Below are positions 10,553 through 19,780 of a stretch of 64,000 nucleotides of DNA, piece by piece. The translations under genes were made by a program, and so were the position numbers. Numbering within the stretch: the first letter of the stretch is position 1; each line of letters starts with the position of its first letter. The DNA is taken from positions 62,001 to 126,000 of the IMG/VR virus record IMGVR_UViG_3300023174_000036; one strand, given 5' to 3'. The notes below the pieces were generated by a model. The model did no database searches. It saw only the letters and a list, made by a program, of their open reading frames with translations, and was not told the origin of the DNA.

Positions 10553-12046
10553 TTATCCAATAATTAATGCAGTTGCAATACCAATATCTGTTGCCACGTC
10601 GGCAGTTACACCAGCGGCTGAACCAGCAACGCTGAACCATGCACTGCCAGTCCACATTTCAACAAGATTTAATTCTGTATTGTAACGTATCATTCCTTGT
10701 TCAGTTTCTGATTGGCTTGGTCTTGCACCAACTGTACCAATAGGAATAACAACGCCGTTGGTTCCTGTGATTTTTACATAGCCGCCAAGTGGAGTTCCAG
10801 TCATTGCAGTTGGAGAAACTACTGGTGATGTTAAAGTAACATAATAAGTTCCAGCGCCGCCTGATCCATTTCCAAAACCTGTAATGTAGGTGCCTGCGGA
10901 TACTCCGCCTGAAACAACCATTTTATAAGAAATAGTTCCAGTGACTGATGTAGCTGTTAGCACCAACGGGGTTGCTGTCATTGTGGTTGAGGCAGCGGCC
11001 TGGCTGTTATTAACTAACCACTGGCTGGCGGAACTTGTTCCAGTTCCGCTGATGTTACTGACAATATATGTGCCTGCTTGTACTCCAGGCCCGGTCAGCA
11101 ATTGTCCTGGAACAATAGTTCCAGTTGGTGCTGTTGACACAAACAACGTAGTTCCAGCAATAAGTCCAGTAAATGTTAGTGGAACTCCTTGAGCAACGGT
11201 TCCAGTCCATGTAGTTGCTGGAGTTACTTGTTCGATTGTTGTTACTGCACCAGCCACTACGTTGGTAATTTTATTGTCAGAAAACCTAACATTACCAATC
11301 TGTGTTCCGCCAGAACCAGTTGATATCAAATTAATATCTGTATTGGTGTTTATGGTACTGATTGTTGAGCCGGTAAAATCCAATGCTGAAGTTCTAGCTG
11401 TTGTGGTATTTAAAGTTGTGGCATTGGCATTTACAATGTTGCCGTTTTGTGCATAAACATTTAACCATTGTTTGCCAACGCTACCCAAGCTGTATGTGTT
11501 ATTGATATCTGGCACAATATCACTGTTGATTTCGCCGCCAAATGTGATATTATCAGTGTTGGCATCGCCCAGTGTTAAACTACCATCAGCGGTGATACTG
11601 CCAGTTGCATGTAAATCGCCATTGACCAACACATTGCCGTTGAACTTGGTTTGGCCTGTGCCGGTGGTATTGATAATTAAATCTACGTTGGTTCCAACTG
11701 TGGAAATCACATTGCCCGTCATGGCCAACTGAGTTCCAATAGTTGCACGGCCCTGATACACTACACCGTTTGCGCCACTTGGTACAAAATTAATAGTTGT
11801 ACTGGTGCTACTGATTGTGTTACCGGTTAAAGTGAATGATGCAATAGCTGCCTGATTGGCAGCTTCAATATTTGTTGTTTGTGTTGTTCCGTTTACATCT
11901 AATTGGTACAAGGGCGTGGCGGTATTAACACCTACGCGGCCATTTTTAACATCTAAGTAAAGTAGGCTCGTCTCAAAGGCCAGATTTACACCATTGCGGA
12001 GTAAATTATCCTTTAAGAGCGGACCCGATATTCGACCAACAGCCAT
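10553..12046 (-). CDS. Fibre-like virion structural protein (~497 aa), paralog of 12168..14264
   Basis: Start placed at 12046 by AAGGGAG SD spacing. Shares the N-terminal GRISGPLL..L.RNGVNLAF motif, the LHA.G.IT.DG..TLG motif and the C-terminal VIP.GT..RP...G.[IM]RYN motif with its neighbour. Confidence 0.8.
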   Translation of the reverse strand: MAVGRISGPLLKDNLLRNGVNLAFETSLLYLDVKNGRVGVNTATPLYQLDVNGTTQTTNIEAANQAAIASFTLTGNTISSTSTTINFVPSGANGVVYQGRATIGTQLAMTGNVISTVGTNVDLIINTTGTGQTKFNGNVLVNGDLHATGSITADGSLTLGDANTDNITFGGEINSDIVPDINNTYSLGSVGKQWLNVYAQNGNIVNANATTLNTTTARTSALDFTGSTISTINTNTDINLISTGSGGTQIGNVRFSDNKITNVVAGAVTTIEQVTPATTWTGTVAQGVPLTFTGLIAGTTLFVSTAPTGTIVPGQLLTGPGVQAGTYIVSNISGTGTSSASQWLVNNSQAAASTTMTATPLVLTATSVTGTISYKMVVSGGVSAGTYITGFGNGSGGAGTYYVTLTSPVVSPTAMTGTPLGGYVKITGTNGVVIPIGTVGARPSQSETEQGMIRYNTELNLVEMWTGSAWFSVAGSAAGVTADVATDIGIATALIIG

Positions 12047-12049
12047 CAT

Positions 12050-12155
12050 CGCTCCCTTGTACACCGAGTTTCACGGATAACCACCTTACATAGCGGGTTT
12101 ACCACTGTTGAATATCGTAAAAACTTGGTCAGTCTTTACAGTAATAGTATTTATT
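12050..12155 (-). promoter_or_regulatory. Late promoter (AATAAATA, 12148-12155) followed by a ~95-nt structured 5' leader
   Basis: On the minus strand UAUUACUGU pairs with ACAGUGGUA and encloses AAAGACU/AGUUUUU; CCGCU/GGUGG and CCG/CGG hairpins follow just before the SD. Confidence 0.5.
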
Positions 12156-12167
12156 ATATTTTGGTTT

Positions 12168-14264
12168 TTAACCCAGTATAAGGGCCCAAATGTCCTGTAT
12201 AGCACCAACTTCAGTTGAGCTAAGTACTGGGCTAGTTCCAATGATTGGAATCCATTTGCGTTGTGATGTTAAATTACTGCCGGCAGGCAATGTGTTTAGC
12301 AACGGAGTATTGATTGTTACAGATGTGTTTGTTGACACTGCTGTTATTATTGATCCTCCAGCAAATGCAAGAAGATCAGAAGTAGAAGATATAAAATCTC
12401 CCACATTAAATCCCACAGTATTAGTAGTAAAAATTTGTGTAGCGCCGGCTGTGGCAGTTACTGAATTTGTTGATAAGCTAACAACCTGAGTGTTACTTAC
12501 ATTGGCATACACTTCAATATAATTCACATCGCTATTGTAGCGCATAGTTCCAAGTTCTGCGGCAGCTGGGCGTTGTAGTGTTGTGCCTTTTGGAATTACT
12601 AGTCCTCGTGTGCCGCCGAATTTAGTATAACCAATACCAGTAGCACCAAACTCCAAAGGTACAACAGCATTGTTATGCGTAATTGTGTTGTTTTTAATAT
12701 AAATTTTATTGTTTAAATTTACTTTTCCTGTGCCGCTAATTGTTATGTTAAAAGTTTCGGTGCCTGGATTAACGGAATTGCCAGTTATTGTTAAGCCGCT
12801 TTGCGCCCATGTTCCTGCTGTGACAGTTGTTGAAAACAAATCAGTAACAGTTAAATTTTGAGAATAAACATTGTTCCAATTTTTTGCGCCGCTTCCTAAA
12901 CTATATGTATATGGTGTAGAAGTTGAATCTGTAAATAAATTTTGATCATCTTCTGTTAGAAACAAATCCAAAGTCTCTGTTATCAATTGTTCAGAACTAC
13001 CAACTATTACACCTGTCAGTATTGATGGTATCAAATCACTGCTGACATCTGCGGCAAAAGTGATGTTGTCAGTATCGTCATTACCCAATGTGATGTTGCC
13101 GTCAAATGTGATATTGCCAACAGCATGTAAATTACCATCTATCAAAACACCAGTGTTTTGTTGTATTAAAAAAGGGCCTGATGTATTAAAAGACACTCCG
13201 CCGTTATTGATTATTGTTTGTGTTCCACTAATATCTGTAAGAAATGCTCCACTGTTGGCCACAATTAACAACAACTTTGTATTTGCGCTGTTAGCTAATG
13301 CTGTTGTGGGAACTGAAATACTGGCCGCAACTGGGTCGTAATAGTTTGAACCCACAGTTAATTTTATTTGTGTTAGTTGTCCAATAAAATTATATGCTGT
13401 ATTATAAACCCACCCAATGTATCCGGTTGTTCCTGAATAATTTGTAGCTGTTACATAACTATTAACAGATTTAATTCCATTTAAAAATAGTGCTGTCTGT
13501 CCACTGCTATCTCGTGTTACTGCAAGATGATACCATGTGTTTGTAGACATTGTGGGTACGGTGAATGTGATAGCATCTTGCATGGCCCGATCAACTTGGA
13601 TTATACTGCTAGTCAAAAAGAATATGCTCATTCCAAGGGGAGCATTTGCTCCTAGTATGGTCTGAATTGACGAGCTAAAGTTGCCAGTGCTGTAAAAGAA
13701 ACATTCAAAAGTAAACGCTTGGGTGCCGATTGTTTGGGCATCACTTAGAGAAAGATAGTTACTGCCTGAAAAACTAAGACTGGCAGCAGGTGTGGTACTT
13801 CCAATAATAGTTTTGCCAGTAGGACTAATGTTTATTTCAGTATTAGTAGTACCAGTTAGTGAATTATTTAAAAATGCAAAGTAGCCAGTTGACCCTAATC
13901 CGTTAAAAGTAACCAACTGATCGCCCACGGCTGGGCTGATAGTGATGTTGTTATTGGTAAAGTTCTGTATTTTATCAGTGTCATTGAAAGTGAGATTACC
14001 AATGGCAGCTTGAGCTGTTACTATAAGATCAGATAATGCAGAATTAGTTCTTGCAAAACGGCTGTTGCCTGGAGCAGTCAGTGTTCGTGTTGGAGTGTTT
14101 GTTCCAAAACCCACATACTTGTTTGTAACATTTAAATATAACTTGTCAGTATCAAAAGCAAGATTAACACCGTTGCGACGTAGATCTTCTGACAATAAAG
14201 GACCGCTGATACGTCCTAGCTCTTTACCGCCATTTAAGTTACCACCCGTAAGCGTTAGAGCCAT
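12168..14264 (-). CDS. Fibre-like virion protein with an inserted LamG/concanavalin-A-like lectin domain
   Basis: 698 aa. SLSFSGSNYL...FTFECFFY...NTWYHLAVTRD...LFLNG...FIGQLTQIKLT...NTKLLL is the usual phage LamG-like pattern. Confidence 0.8.
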   Translation of the reverse strand: MALTLTGGNLNGGKELGRISGPLLSEDLRRNGVNLAFDTDKLYLNVTNKYVGFGTNTPTRTLTAPGNSRFARTNSALSDLIVTAQAAIGNLTFNDTDKIQNFTNNNITISPAVGDQLVTFNGLGSTGYFAFLNNSLTGTTNTEINISPTGKTIIGSTTPAASLSFSGSNYLSLSDAQTIGTQAFTFECFFYSTGNFSSSIQTILGANAPLGMSIFFLTSSIIQVDRAMQDAITFTVPTMSTNTWYHLAVTRDSSGQTALFLNGIKSVNSYVTATNYSGTTGYIGWVYNTAYNFIGQLTQIKLTVGSNYYDPVAASISVPTTALANSANTKLLLIVANSGAFLTDISGTQTIINNGGVSFNTSGPFLIQQNTGVLIDGNLHAVGNITFDGNITLGNDDTDNITFAADVSSDLIPSILTGVIVGSSEQLITETLDLFLTEDDQNLFTDSTSTPYTYSLGSGAKNWNNVYSQNLTVTDLFSTTVTAGTWAQSGLTITGNSVNPGTETFNITISGTGKVNLNNKIYIKNNTITHNNAVVPLEFGATGIGYTKFGGTRGLVIPKGTTLQRPAAAELGTMRYNSDVNYIEVYANVSNTQVVSLSTNSVTATAGATQIFTTNTVGFNVGDFISSTSDLLAFAGGSIITAVSTNTSVTINTPLLNTLPAGSNLTSQRKWIPIIGTSPVLSSTEVGAIQDIWALILG

Positions 14265-14275
14265 GTGCTAACTCC

Positions 14276-15274
14276 TTATTGGTCAAAACCAATCAGTGCA
14301 GTAACAGCTTTGCCTGGAGGAACAGGACTGCTAAAATACAAATAATATCCAGTACCTGCTTGGCTTGATTTTGTAATGGTGATTGCAGTGTTTGCATCTA
14401 TTACAGATCCGCTTGTTGCGGCACTTAACACAACACTGGTCAATGCACCGGTATTGGTGTTGGTAGCATAACTTAATACTGTTCTACCTGTAATTGCACT
14501 GCTTCCAGACAGGGTTGCTCCGGTAATGTTCACAGCAGGATATATTGTACTGGCCGCTTCAATTGTTCCGCTGGTTGTTTGAGCGCCTGTGGCAGTGTGT
14601 GCATACGATACTGAAGAAGCAGTTGATCCAGTAACTGTAAAAGAACCATTGTATGCATACGGAATTACTCCAGAAACTATGATTGTTTCTCCAATAGCAA
14701 ACGGTGCAACAGTTCCAGGTGTAAACGTTAATGTAACTGTTGTACCCGTTCCGGATGCAGTCAATGTTGACACTGTTGTATTAAAATACAATGTTGAACT
14801 GCCAATTGCAGAACTTACACTAGTTTTGCCCGCATACACTTCCGAAGGAAAAGTTGGATTTTGTACAACTGTGTAGTTAGTAGTATGTAGTTGTAAAACA
14901 TTTTCAACCAGCACTAACAAGTTAGCGCCAGACCAAGTGTAGCCGCGTTGTATATTGCCAGTTGGTGCTGGATTTAATGGACCGTAATATATTGTGTCAC
15001 CGTCACCGATGCCCAATGTCTGTTGCGTAATTGATCCAGATTCTCTGTAGCGCAATGCTCTCCAAGTACTGCCTTGATATACTTCTATATCTAATGATGT
15101 TGTGTTGTAACGTATCATACCATTGACTGGAACTGATGGTCTAGTCCCATCTGGACCGCTTGGTAATGTCAAATTGTTTTGGCTACCCATTACAATTGCA
15201 TTGTTCGTGTCTACATAAAGCGTATTATCATACACTGCTCTACGATTAAGGGTTTGTCTTCTTAGGAATCTCAT
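14276..15274 (-). CDS. Virion structural protein (332 aa)
   Basis: Carries the LPSG...RP....GMIRYN motif shared with its neighbours; T/S/G-rich; TAATG overlap with the upstream ORF. Confidence 0.75.
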   Translation of the reverse strand: MRFLRRQTLNRRAVYDNTLYVDTNNAIVMGSQNNLTLPSGPDGTRPSVPVNGMIRYNTTSLDIEVYQGSTWRALRYRESGSITQQTLGIGDGDTIYYGPLNPAPTGNIQRGYTWSGANLLVLVENVLQLHTTNYTVVQNPTFPSEVYAGKTSVSSAIGSSTLYFNTTVSTLTASGTGTTVTLTFTPGTVAPFAIGETIIVSGVIPYAYNGSFTVTGSTASSVSYAHTATGAQTTSGTIEAASTIYPAVNITGATLSGSSAITGRTVLSYATNTNTGALTSVVLSAATSGSVIDANTAITITKSSQAGTGYYLYFSSPVPPGKAVTALIGFDQ

Positions 15275-15618
15275 TATACTGTCAATGTGCTTATGGCCAT
15301 TACCAGTGTACTTGCTACACTTGATTTAGCATACAACATATCTCCGTTAGCTAAAACTAATTTTTCTTGATCTAAACTAAGAGTCTCCCCTGCTGTGATA
15401 GGAATAGCATTAACAATTAAATGGTTTGCTGTTAAAGTTACACCAGCTGGAACTGCATACAAAGATAAATTTGCAGTGTTATTTGTTGGATTCGCTGGAT
15501 CAAATGCAAATAGATTGCAAATAATCATGCTGGTGATTGCATTACTGCCGGTGCTAGTGTAAACTGGACTTGCTGGTAAATTTGCCGCGTATGCAATTGG
15601 TGTTGATGTCAATGCCAT
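15274..15618 (-). CDS. Small beta-rich virion protein (114 aa)
   Basis: AAGGA SD; similar to 10220..10549. Confidence 0.75.
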   Translation of the reverse strand: MALTSTPIAYAANLPASPVYTSTGSNAITSMIICNLFAFDPANPTNNTANLSLYAVPAGVTLTANHLIVNAIPITAGETLSLDQEKLVLANGDMLYAKSSVASTLVMAISTLTV

Positions 15619-15627
15619 GTTCTTTCC

Positions 15628-16593
15628 TTATAGTAAAATACTCAATAAAACTGCTCTGCTTCTAGATACCAGTTCGTCTGAGGTATTTACATTTTTAAAA
15701 AATAGTCCAGATTTTCCCGGACCCACTGTTGGTGTAGAATATAATTTAGTTAAACCAGATATCACTGGCGGATCAATGCTTTGATCTGACAAATTCAAAA
15801 CAGCATCAATTTTAACATTATTATTAATTGCAGTCAGTACCAAACTGTTTGACGAAGTGTTTGTAATTGTATCTGTAAACAAGTTAATGTTATTAACACT
15901 CACACCAACTGGGCTAATTGTTGCTCTAATTTGCTGTCCAACAAAAAATTGTATGTTGGTTTGAAATGCCTGTACCTTACTGTCTTCCAATCCAAAACTT
16001 GCACCTGGGGGAAAATACATACGGTCCACAGTTGCAACACCGTTGCTGGCAGCAACATAATTTGTGACAGTTTTCCAATTGGGAATATCATTATCGTTGA
16101 CCACTCGTAGATAATAGTTTGTGCTGTTAGCAACGCTTAGTACACCGCTGGATGATTGCATATCAAAAACTAGATTGCTGGAACCATCATTCACGATTGT
16201 GGCCACTTGCAAACCAGCTTTTTTACCATCGTTGGTTTTTAATACAAATGTTCCGCCCACGTTTGTGGTATTTGGAAAATCATAATGATTTACATTTTCG
16301 TCAAACAAAAACTGGCCTGCTGGGCGAGTACCACGACTAATTTGCACACCAGATTGACCACTAATTGGCGATGCAAGAGTAATGCCTGCACCAGTTTGAT
16401 TCTTGTTCAATACAATAATATTATCTTCAATAGCTAAGTTAGTTGTATTGACTGTTGTTGTTTCGCCTTGTACTACCAAGTCACCTGTGACAATCACAGT
16501 ACCAACATCTACGCCGGTATCCAATGTTATAGTTCCACCGCTAGCAGTTTGTAATCTATAATTGCTTTGACTGACTTTTAGTACTCTTGACAT
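15628..16593 (-). CDS. Virion structural/fibre-associated protein (321 aa)
   Basis: VTGDLVVQGETTTVNTTNLAIEDNIIVLN motif, also seen in 59618..61300 and typical of phage fibre proteins. Confidence 0.75.
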   Translation of the reverse strand: MSRVLKVSQSNYRLQTASGGTITLDTGVDVGTVIVTGDLVVQGETTTVNTTNLAIEDNIIVLNKNQTGAGITLASPISGQSGVQISRGTRPAGQFLFDENVNHYDFPNTTNVGGTFVLKTNDGKKAGLQVATIVNDGSSNLVFDMQSSSGVLSVANSTNYYLRVVNDNDIPNWKTVTNYVAASNGVATVDRMYFPPGASFGLEDSKVQAFQTNIQFFVGQQIRATISPVGVSVNNINLFTDTITNTSSNSLVLTAINNNVKIDAVLNLSDQSIDPPVISGLTKLYSTPTVGPGKSGLFFKNVNTSDELVSRSRAVLLSILL

Positions 16594-16611
16594 TCTATAT
16601 CCTTATAGTTG

Positions 16612-16627
16612 GGGGACCTAAGTCCCC
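16612..16627 (-). other. GC-rich intergenic stem-loop (GGGGAC-TTAG-GTCCCC), possible mRNA stability/processing hairpin
   Basis: Perfect 6-bp stem between two co-oriented genes; no U-tract follows. Confidence 0.5.
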
Positions 16628-16635
16628 GTTCCTAA

Positions 16636-17325
16636 TTAAGCGTTGGCTAATGTTACTGATACACCGTTCACAGCAGAACCCAATGTCCACTTGACTGGCA
16701 CGCCAGTAGCAAATTGTGTTCCTGAATTACGTACCAATACCACCGTACGGTTAGTAATTTTTCTAACCCAGTATGTTCCGCTTGCGCTGTCAGTTGCAAC
16801 AATGGCCATTTCTCCGGCGGCTGCTGGAGTAGCTTGAACTAATTTACAAATTGCTACGCCGTCTTGTGTACGAACTTGAAAACGTCTGCTACCAGTTTGA
16901 CGAACAATATCATTACCGCTTGTGCGATTAGTTGAACCAATTGTGATTGCTTGCACTGATAATGCATTTGGTACTGAAGAAGTTGTCAATGTTGCTACAG
17001 GAGTAGCTGAACCTGTACCACCAGCAACGCTGCCGTTGAATGTGATGGTTGGAGCCGCTGTATAGCCCGTGCCTGGAGATACCACTGTTACTGTATAAGT
17101 TGTTGCGGCAGTTACCACAACACTCAACACTGCTTTTCTACCACCGGCAATTTGTGGTGCAGTAATACTGGCCGCTGGGATGGTATATGTACCATTTACT
17201 AGTGTACCTAATGTACCAGCTGGTGCTGTTACACTTGCTACACCCTCACCGCCAGTTTCTTCTGCTCTGTTTGATGCGTTTGGATTTCTATCTCCAAAAA
17301 ATCTACCATTTAAAGGACGTCCCAT
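16636..17325 (-). CDS. Virion structural protein (229 aa), possibly head decoration or appendage
   Basis: Strong AAGGAG SD and its own late promoter; sits directly downstream of the major capsid gene; contains a PGTGYTAAPTITF motif. Confidence 0.75.
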   Translation of the reverse strand: MGRPLNGRFFGDRNPNASNRAEETGGEGVASVTAPAGTLGTLVNGTYTIPAASITAPQIAGGRKAVLSVVVTAATTYTVTVVSPGTGYTAAPTITFNGSVAGGTGSATPVATLTTSSVPNALSVQAITIGSTNRTSGNDIVRQTGSRRFQVRTQDGVAICKLVQATPAAAGEMAIVATDSASGTYWVRKITNRTVVLVRNSGTQFATGVPVKWTLGSAVNGVSVTLANA

Positions 17326-17346
17326 TTTAGTTTCTCCTTAAGAAAT

Positions 17347-17422
17347 AACAGCGTTCTAGGCTGTACGCGGTTGGATTTCCGCATAAAATTCACACCATGT
17401 GAATCATTACTATGTATTTAGC
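17347..17422 (-). promoter_or_regulatory. Late promoter (GCTAAATA, 17415-17422) and a three-hairpin 5' leader
   Basis: Minus-strand hairpins AUUCACA-UGG-UGUGAAU, AUGCGG-AAAUCCAA-CCGCGU and ACAGC-CUAGAAC-GCUGU lie in series before the SD. Confidence 0.55.
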
Positions 17423-17429
17423 CGAGAAT

Positions 17430-17455
17430 AAAAAAGGACCCGAAGGTCCTTTTTT
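17430..17455 (-). terminator. Intrinsic terminator of the major capsid operon (C-UUCG-G tetraloop, potentially bidirectional)
   Basis: Minus strand reads AAAAAAGGACC-TTCG-GGTCCTTTTTT, 27 nt after the gp23 stop. Confidence 0.9.
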
Positions 17456-17482
17456 AATATTACTTCTAACTTTAATTTCAGA

Positions 17483-18655
17483 TTAACTGAATTTAACGTT
17501 ACCACTAGTAATAGCAACGCGACCTAAGTAGTCAGCGGCATTACCTAGTGAGCTTGCTGTGTTTGACAACTCAACATAGCCATAACGTGTCATGAATGAT
17601 ACGACTGGCTCAAATGTTGATGGGTCTAAAACAACACCACTGCTCATCAATGGAATGTATGGGCAATAGAATGCAGGAGCATCAGACTCTGAACCGCCTT
17701 TGTAGCCGATTAGAACGTCTGTTGAATCTTGTGCATAGCTGTTTACATATACTTTCATTGCATTGTTCAATGTACCAACAAACTTGGTGTTTGTAGGTGC
17801 TTCGAATGTACCTTCTGTTGTACGAGCAAATGCGCTTGTAGTAGCAGACTGTAGAATTGTCAATGCAAATGGGCTAACAACTGCATAGTTACCAGCGCCA
17901 CGACGTGTACGCTGAGCAATCAAGTTAGCAACACGGTTGATCTGAACTGCCAATGCGGCATGCTCATCACCAACGAATGTGGCTGTACCAGATACAGCGG
18001 CTTGGTCGTAAGTTTGTGAAGCTGAACCAGCTAAAGAGATTAGAGATGCAATGATCTCTTGGTCAATTTCAGCTGTAATTTCTTGTGCAAGAGCGGCCAT
18101 GATTTCTGCTTCAACGTCAATGCCTTGTTGGGCTTGTGCGTCTTGAGCGGCTTCAAACGTCCAGCGAGCAGACAATTTACGTGTCTTAGCTTCAACTGTC
18201 TGTTTCAAGATTTGAATAGACATACGCTTACCTGCTTGACCTTCAAGAGTCGCTGTGCTAGCGGCTTTGGCAGTAGAACTGTCATTACCAGAATAAGCAG
18301 CCGCAATCTTGAATGGGCTCAATGCCTCTTCACCAGCTACTACAGAGTCAGCTGTTGCATTGTCTGCATAGCGTACACGTAGAGTGTGAATTTGGCCAAC
18401 TGGGCCAGTCATTGGTTGTACACCAACTAACTCGTTAGCAATAACGGTTGGCATAACACGACGAATCACCGGTAAAATTACGCGGTTTAATGTTGCAACG
18501 TTGCCGGCAGAAGTGGCACCAGCTGATGGGCTTTCTAGCAAATACTTGCGAGTATTTTCAAGTGTTACACCCATTACTGATTTTTTTGTGCCTTGTAAGC
18601 CTTCTAATAGGGCTTCTTTAGTTTCTGCCCAACGTCCGTTTAGTAGTTCTGACAT
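17483..18655 (-). CDS. gp23: Major capsid protein (T4 gp23 family)
   Basis: Hallmark motifs LVGVQPMTGPVGQI, VEAKTRKLSARWTFE, EIDQEII and AFYCPYIPL...DPSTFEPV..FMTRYG. Confidence 0.97.
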   Translation of the reverse strand: MSELLNGRWAETKEALLEGLQGTKKSVMGVTLENTRKYLLESPSAGATSAGNVATLNRVILPVIRRVMPTVIANELVGVQPMTGPVGQIHTLRVRYADNATADSVVAGEEALSPFKIAAAYSGNDSSTAKAASTATLEGQAGKRMSIQILKQTVEAKTRKLSARWTFEAAQDAQAQQGIDVEAEIMAALAQEITAEIDQEIIASLISLAGSASQTYDQAAVSGTATFVGDEHAALAVQINRVANLIAQRTRRGAGNYAVVSPFALTILQSATTSAFARTTEGTFEAPTNTKFVGTLNNAMKVYVNSYAQDSTDVLIGYKGGSESDAPAFYCPYIPLMSSGVVLDPSTFEPVVSFMTRYGYVELSNTASSLGNAADYLGRVAITSGNVKFS

Positions 18656-18666
18656 TTAAATTCTCC

Positions 18667-19767
18667 TTAAATTTTAAGTCCAGCAAGTCTGCGAATATCA
18701 ATAATGTTATTGTTTTCGATCTCACTGCTACGGTTGGTGTTGGAAATTACTTTATTTCCGGTTACTTCTTTAGCCTCTACTAGTGCCTGTTTCTTCTGCG
18801 GAGCCTTGCCATTCAATACTGACGGCAAATACTTTTCAAAACTTTCGTTTAGACGTTCTGTTTTCACAGTCTCCATTAGTTCACCCATGATTGCTTTTTG
18901 TTCCGTGTTTAGTGGAGACAATAGTTCACTCATGATTGCTTTTCTTTCTTGAGCTTCTTTCAAAGCACGTACTTCTGCTTCTTTACTTTCTATTATTTTT
19001 TCAGCTTGCACAACTGCCTGAGCGGCTTCTTGCATTGCCAAATCTTTCATGTCTATGACTTTGAGTAATTTTGCAGTTTCCGATTTGTCATTTAGGTAAC
19101 TCGCTTGGTATTCGGAAGCAAACGCTTCAAATAACTTGCGACCGAAGTCTTGACGACGAGCGGCTTCAATGTCTTCTTTCAATGAAGTAATTTCAGAACG
19201 TAGTCCTGTAGTTACAACACCTTCGACCATTGCGGCTGCACGTTGAACAAATGCTTCTTTTACTTTCTTGATTTCTTGACGACCTTCACGGACTAGGCGT
19301 ACCTTAGTTTCCGCAAGATCTTGTTTGTCTTTGTAAAATTCTGTAATTTCTTGAGCAAGAGCTTCAACTACGAAATTTTCTAATTTACCAAATTTACTTG
19401 CCATTACAACTTGATCTTCGTGCAATTCAGCAACTTCTGACGCTAATTGACGTGTAACGAATTCCTTCATTACCGCAGTGTCTTGCTTCATCTTTTTAGC
19501 ATATTTGACTTTCATCTCAGCTAATTGCTTACGATCATCGGCAAACTCAACAAGTTCAACAGCCAGTTGTTCAGAGATCATGCGATCTACTGCTTCAACC
19601 ATTGCTGACTTATCGTGTTCGTATTTTTGTGCAAATTCTTCGCGTAATTGTTGAGCGACTTGTGTACGAGCTTCGTTTACACGACTTTCGAAAGCCACTT
19701 CAATAGACTCTTTGATCTCTTGTGAAATCACGTTGTTTTCAAATAAACTTTTTAGCGCATCCAACAT
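18667..19767 (-). CDS. gp22: Prohead core scaffold protein (T4 gp22-like)
   Basis: Long E/K/A-rich coiled-coil protein located between the protease and capsid genes, matching the T4 order 21-22-23. Confidence 0.8.
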   Translation of the reverse strand: MLDALKSLFENNVISQEIKESIEVAFESRVNEARTQVAQQLREEFAQKYEHDKSAMVEAVDRMISEQLAVELVEFADDRKQLAEMKVKYAKKMKQDTAVMKEFVTRQLASEVAELHEDQVVMASKFGKLENFVVEALAQEITEFYKDKQDLAETKVRLVREGRQEIKKVKEAFVQRAAAMVEGVVTTGLRSEITSLKEDIEAARRQDFGRKLFEAFASEYQASYLNDKSETAKLLKVIDMKDLAMQEAAQAVVQAEKIIESKEAEVRALKEAQERKAIMSELLSPLNTEQKAIMGELMETVKTERLNESFEKYLPSVLNGKAPQKKQALVEAKEVTGNKVISNTNRSSEIENNNIIDIRRLAGLKI

Positions 19768-19780
19768 GTGATTCTCCTTA

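Noticed and set aside
16612-16627. GGGGAC/GTCCCC hairpin as an intrinsic terminator
   Set aside because: No U-tract follows on the coding strand, and the downstream gene has no obvious promoter of its own; kept only as a generic stem-loop.
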